Source: Basidiobolus meristosporus CBS 931.73
Taxonomy: Eukaryota > Fungi > Basidiobolomycota
NCBI GenBank assembly: GCA_002104905.1
Contig: MCFE01000749.1
Coordinates: 1 to 39,539 of the forward strand
Direction: 5' to 3'
Length of the DNA: 39,539 nucleotides
Shown: one piece after another, positions 35,262-39,539 of the stretch
How positions within the stretch are numbered: the first letter of the stretch is position 1
Layout of the letters: each line of letters opens with the position of its first letter
The notes under the pieces: generated by a model
Database searches by the model: none
Seen by the model: only the letters and a program-made list of their open reading frames with translations
Told to the model about the DNA's origin: nothing
Translations under genes and position numbers: made by a program

Positions 35262-37310
35262 GGGTAGGGTAGGGGGAGGGAAAGTCACCAAGTTGGTGAA
35301 ATCTTTATTTGAGTTAAGAACTAATCTAAGTACAAATAAAGAAGCCAATTAAGAGGTCTAGAACCTCTCTAATAAGTAATCTAATTTATGTTTTGTTTCA
35401 TCTCTAATGTTTGTTTCAATAAAGTAAAGCTCATCAGGGGTAAATATAAAATTCAGGGGTTTTGGGGGAAGTACAAATTGTAGATGTTTCTGATCAATAT
35501 AATCCAAGACTGGAACCCAGCCTGGGATTAGGTGTAGTAGGAAAGGTGTGTGGACTTGTAAGTAGCTCTGCCACATAGATCTTAGATGGTCCTGAGCCAG
35601 TAGTCTTGGTTTCTCAGCTTTTTGAAGTTTTGAAGCAAGCTCTGTTACTACAGCAGAGCCAACCAGGGTGTGCCAGCAAGAAGATTTCAGGGAGGAGTTA
35701 GATTGAAGCCATTGTTTGATGGAGGGGTTATGTGATTTCTGAAGTTTGACTAGGAAGGAAGCCCGGAGATAGATCATTCTGGATTTGGTATGGGTAGAAC
35801 CCAAAGGCTCCATTAGTTGCATGGATATAGGGAGATACTGGAAGATAAGGTACCAAGGATCTGATACACTGATGGAGAAATTTATCCAGGCGGTGAAGTT
35901 CTCTGGAGGTTAGGGGTATAATGTGGAGACCAAATTCAAGTACCGGCAGTACATACTGCTTCAGAAGTATAGGGATCTTTTGAATTGGAGTGTCTGGAGT
36001 GACTACTACCAGAAGCTTTTTGAGAGCCTGTTGGGCAAGACGGATCCTATTATTCAGGTGGAGCTTTGAGTCAATCCCATGTTGACAAAACGGCAGACCT
36101 AGATATATTGCAGTTTGTTGTGGCAGAATGCTAGTGTTCTGTATAGTTGTAGTGCATCCAATTGGGACTGTCTTGGAAATTGAGAGTGAGAGGTTGTTGG
36201 CAGCCAAGTACTTCTCAATGATGGCAGTGTCTGCTATGGGATTAGGAGTAGCAATCTTGATATCATCCGCATAGAGAGTTAGTAGTGGATAGGGAGAGTC
36301 TGGTGAGGGGCCTTTTGGAAATAAAGGAAAGTCATGTAGGAATATCACAAATAGTAAGGGACCTAGTACAGATCCTTGGACTACTCCATTTGGAACCTCA
36401 TAAGTCTCTGATGTGCAACTTGGATGCAAAATTTTGGCTGAGTTCTCACAAAATAGAGAACGTACAAGAAGGGTCATTGGTAGTGTGGTAACTGCTAATA
36501 GCTTTCTCCAAAGCAGAGCTCTGTCCACAGAGTCAAAGGCTTTAGTAATGTCAAACAGAATGGTTGGCAATGAGAATTGAAGTGAATGATCATGGCTTAG
36601 CACTACAGCCATATCCAAGGAGAGTTTGGGCAAGAAGCCAAACTGAGAAGGATGGAATGGATATAGTTGAGATTGCAAGGATCTTGCTATTATAAGCTCA
36701 AAGATTTTCCGGCAGGTTGGTAGGAGTGAAACTGGCCGGTAAGAACCTGGGAGTGAGTGTTTCCCCTTCCCTTTGTATAAGGGTATTACATTTGCCTGTG
36801 ACCAGGCCTTTGGGGTAGTCAATTGTTGGGCACAGATAGAGTAGAATGGGATAAGTAAGTGACTCATTTTGGAGTAGCACACCCGGAGTAGATTGTAGGT
36901 AATCAAGTCATGTCCAGGTGCAGTATTTGCAGGAAGCTTCTTTAAAATTTTCTCCAGAAGCTTTGCTGAAATCAAAATTGGAGATGTTGGACTGCTAGAT
37001 ATGTTACCAGTATGGTAGAAAGGAGGAGTGGGATGCACGGATGAATCAAAGAATATAGGGGCCAGTTTGTCTGGTGATGGTATACTCCTTGCTTGGGGTC
37101 TCATGGCTTTGTATACTCTTGATATGGACCTTGTGGTGGCATTCATATTTACTAAGGGCAAGGTATCCATGATATGAGCCCATAATCTAGTATGCTCAGT
37201 GATCTGTAGTGACTTGGAGTAGGAGATTGCGCTTCCAGGAGGTTCTGTGTTTTTGGGTTAGGGAAACATAGGTAGCTGGATTTAAGGCAGAAATGATGGA
37301 TTTCATTTAA
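35262..37310 (-). mobile_element. Unit B: 5'-truncated non-LTR (LINE-type) retrotransposon with reverse transcriptase, frameshifted
   Basis: ORF 35728..37170: APGHDLI...WSQANVIPLYKGKG...YRPVSLLPTCRKIFE...QFGF...FDITKAFDSVDR...GVVQGSVLGPLLF...LYADDI. It continues by frameshift into 35358..35822, with a further +1 shift near 37234. Confidence 0.96.
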
Positions 37311-39539
37311 GTTAGGGTTAGGGGGGAGACAGTCACCAACAGGTGAAATCTTTATTTCAGTTGAAACAAAGAAGCCAGCGCTACTGTTGTAGCTTTGATA
37401 CAAGAGTGTGTAGCTGAGGGGAATTTGTAGGTAAGTTAATAAGAAGTGATGATAGTTCTTCAGTGCTCAAGACACTGTTCAGTGGGAAGGGGGGTAGCAA
37501 GAGAGGTAAGAATGACTTGTGAACAACATTAATGAGGGGAATGTGATAAGGATTGATATTCATCATAAAGGGAGTGTGCTGCTGCAGATATTGCTGCCAA
37601 AGGTCTGTCAAGTACTTCAGGTAGGCCAGCTTGGGTTTTTCTGACTGCAGAATATAATGAGCAAACTTCTTGACTTCAGGATCTCCAAGTATAGTTCTCC
37701 AGCAGGAGCCAGGTGTTGTGTGGTGTGTTCTCTTCCAGGCCTTAATCAGTGGGTTGTTGCAGTTGTGAAGTCTGAGGTATAATCTGGTTCTAAGGTAGAG
37801 AAGTCTGATCTTATAGGGCATAAACCCAAAAGCACCAAGAATAGCATGTCTGTAGGGGCATTCAGGCAAATGAGGCACCAAGGAGGTAATGCACCATACT
37901 GCAAACTTGTCAAGCTTAGTGCAGTCTCTAGAAGTAAGAGAGAGAAGTGGTAAGCCAAATTCCAGGACAGGGAAGACAAACTGCTTGAGTAGAAGGAGGC
38001 AGCTGGGAGCTGAAAGTTGTAGGAGGAGTAACAGCCAACAGCTTGTGGAGTGCCTGTCTTGCAAGGATAATTCTCTTCTTCAGGTGTGCTCCAGAGTCTA
38101 GTCCAGTAGGAAGGAAAGGAAAGCCAAGATATGTAGCAGAAACCTGAGCAGGTAGAGTGGAGTTCTCCAAGCTGATGGGAGAGCCCAAAGGTACTGTCTT
38201 TGCAATGGAAAGCTGGAGATTATTCTTCTGCAGATACTGGTGGATGGTCTGGGAGTCTTGTTGCACATTGGAGGAGGATATTCTGATGTCATCAGCAAAG
38301 AGAGTAACCAGGCAGTCAGCTGAGAGTCTTGGAGAAATCATTCAGGAAGATGGCAAACAGTATAGGACCAAGCACAGAGCCTTGAACCACTCCATTAGGA
38401 ACTGAGAACACAGCTGATTGCTCACTTGGGTGCAGAATTCTTGCTTGTGGATCCAGAAACAGAGACCTGACAAGGAGGGTGAGAGAGGTACTGGAGAAGC
38501 ATTGCAACTTGGACCAAAGCAGATTTCTGTCAACTAAATCAAAGGCCTTAGTAATATCAAACAGAACTGAGGGATACTTGCACTGGAGAGAGTGATCTTG
38601 GCTAAGTATGACTGCATATTCCAAGGAGAGGCCAGGAACAAAGCTAAACTGTGCAGGATGAAACTTGAGGGAGTCAGAGTGAAGCTCTTGAGCAAGCAGA
38701 AGCTCAAACACCTTTCTGCAGGTGGGCAGCAGAGATATTGGCCTGTAGGAGCTAGGATCCAGGTGCTTTCCTTTACCCTTGTACAGTGGCAGAACATTTG
38801 CAAAGGACCATTCCACAGGAGTAGAAAGCTGGGCTGAGCATTGCTGAAACAGTGGAAGCAGAAGTGCAGACATGGCCTTGGTACTAGTCTTCAGAAGCTC
38901 ATAAGAGATTGTGTCCACACCTGGAGCAGTAGAGTTGGGAAGCCTTTTGAGCACATTATGGATTCTCCTTTGATCAAGTGCAAGTGGGATGGGCAGAGTC
39001 TTGAAGTCAGGATGAAAGCCAGGAGTTGAGTACTGCTTTGTAGAGAAGAAGATGTTAGCCAGCTGTTCTGTTGAAGGTAACTTCCTGGAAGAGGGCCTCA
39101 TTGCCCTGTAGAGTCTTGATACTGTTCTTGTTATAGAGTTGGAAGATTGCAGAGGCAAAGAACTCATAATATGATCCCAGAGCTGAGTATGCAGAGTGTG
39201 GTGAATTGCCTTGGAGTGGTGTATTGCTGTCCAGGAGGAGTTTCTCTGTTTTTGGGTTAGGGAAACTCAGGTAGCTTTGTTGCAGGGCTGAACAATGGAT
39301 TCCCATTTTCTTGAGGTAACAGCAGTAGTCTTGCATGGCAGTGAGAGGGAGGCAGACACAGAATCAGATGCTTCACAAAGAGCAGGCATAGTTGAGATCA
39401 TCTGGCAGAGAAAGTAGCAACTGGCAAGCTTCAAGTAGTTCCCAAAGTCTTTCTTCTGATTCTTGGTAGCTTTGTGGGTGAGCACAGTAAGTTTTGGCAG
39501 CTTCTTCTTCACACTGGTTGCATAGAAAGGGACCAGGCT
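37311..39539 (-). mobile_element. Unit A: non-LTR (LINE-type) retrotransposon with reverse transcriptase, inactivated, 5' part outside window
   Basis: ORFs 39267..39512 (same frame as RT, separated by one TGA), 38316..39167 (APGVDTI, YRPISLLPTCRK, FDITKAFD, GVVQGSVLGP), 37928..38341 (LFADDI) and 37381..38064 form one ORF2 broken by one stop and two frameshifts. Confidence 0.96.

Larger units (their letters stand above)
32704..39539 (-). mobile_element. Head-to-tail array of eight telomere-repeat-associated retroelement units (runs off the right edge)
   Basis: Eight copies of the plus-strand module G4-6-AG(AC/GGA)A..GTCACC-n-(G/A)(G/A)TGAAATC start at 32704, 33239, 33626, 34149, 34203, 35123, 35262 and 37311. 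All are co-oriented, and six are preceded by GGGTTA or GGGTA repeats. Confidence 0.92.

Noticed and set aside
32704-37350. CRISPR-like array (recurrent ~35 bp palindromic module)
   Set aside because: Eukaryotic context, inter-repeat distances from ~55 bp to >2 kb, and the intervening DNA is retroelement sequence.
39484-39522. B-box-like CNQCEEEAAKTYC in an alternative minus frame, and the associated ORF 39055..39336
   Set aside because: The second Cys/His set is missing. The equivalent frame in unit B has stops while the RT frame is preserved, so it is probably chance.
35262-39539. Assignment to Penelope-like Athena/Coprina, telomerase, or MoTeR/CRE-type elements
   Set aside because: RT motifs (APGxD, YRPISLL, DxxKAFD, QGSVLGP, (Y/F)ADD) are typical LINE-type, and no C-terminal REL nuclease is visible. 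Clade needs a phylogeny.

Overview
Eukaryotic, apparently fungal, chromosomal DNA. An early-diverging lineage is inferred from short GT-AG introns plus one AT-AC minor-spliceosome intron. The left ~32 kb is a gene region. It holds a spliced PAP2/DPP1-like phosphatase, HAP3/NF-YB, a CCX-family cation/Ca2+ exchanger, RPS26, NOT3, mitochondrial L7/L12, a 1273-aa hydrophilic repeat protein with a CsbD-like tail, a 7TM GPCR-like orphan and a secreted BBE-like FAD oxidoreductase. The right ~7 kb (32704-39539) is a CpG-depleted, head-to-tail array of eight minus-strand retroelement units. All eight end in the same 3' module (A-rich signal, TCACC..GGTGA stem-loop, C-tract), and six continue into telomere-like repeats (TAACCC or TACCC). 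The units are fragments of at least three LINE-type RT subfamilies, an ORF1-like element with no RT, and a tRNA-derived SINE-like element. The G-rich strand points rightwards, which suggests the array lies near a right-hand telomere and grows by end-primed reverse transcription. That mechanism is an inference. ORF2 runs off the window, so an upstream endonuclease cannot be excluded. All coordinates, alignments and counts were made by eye.
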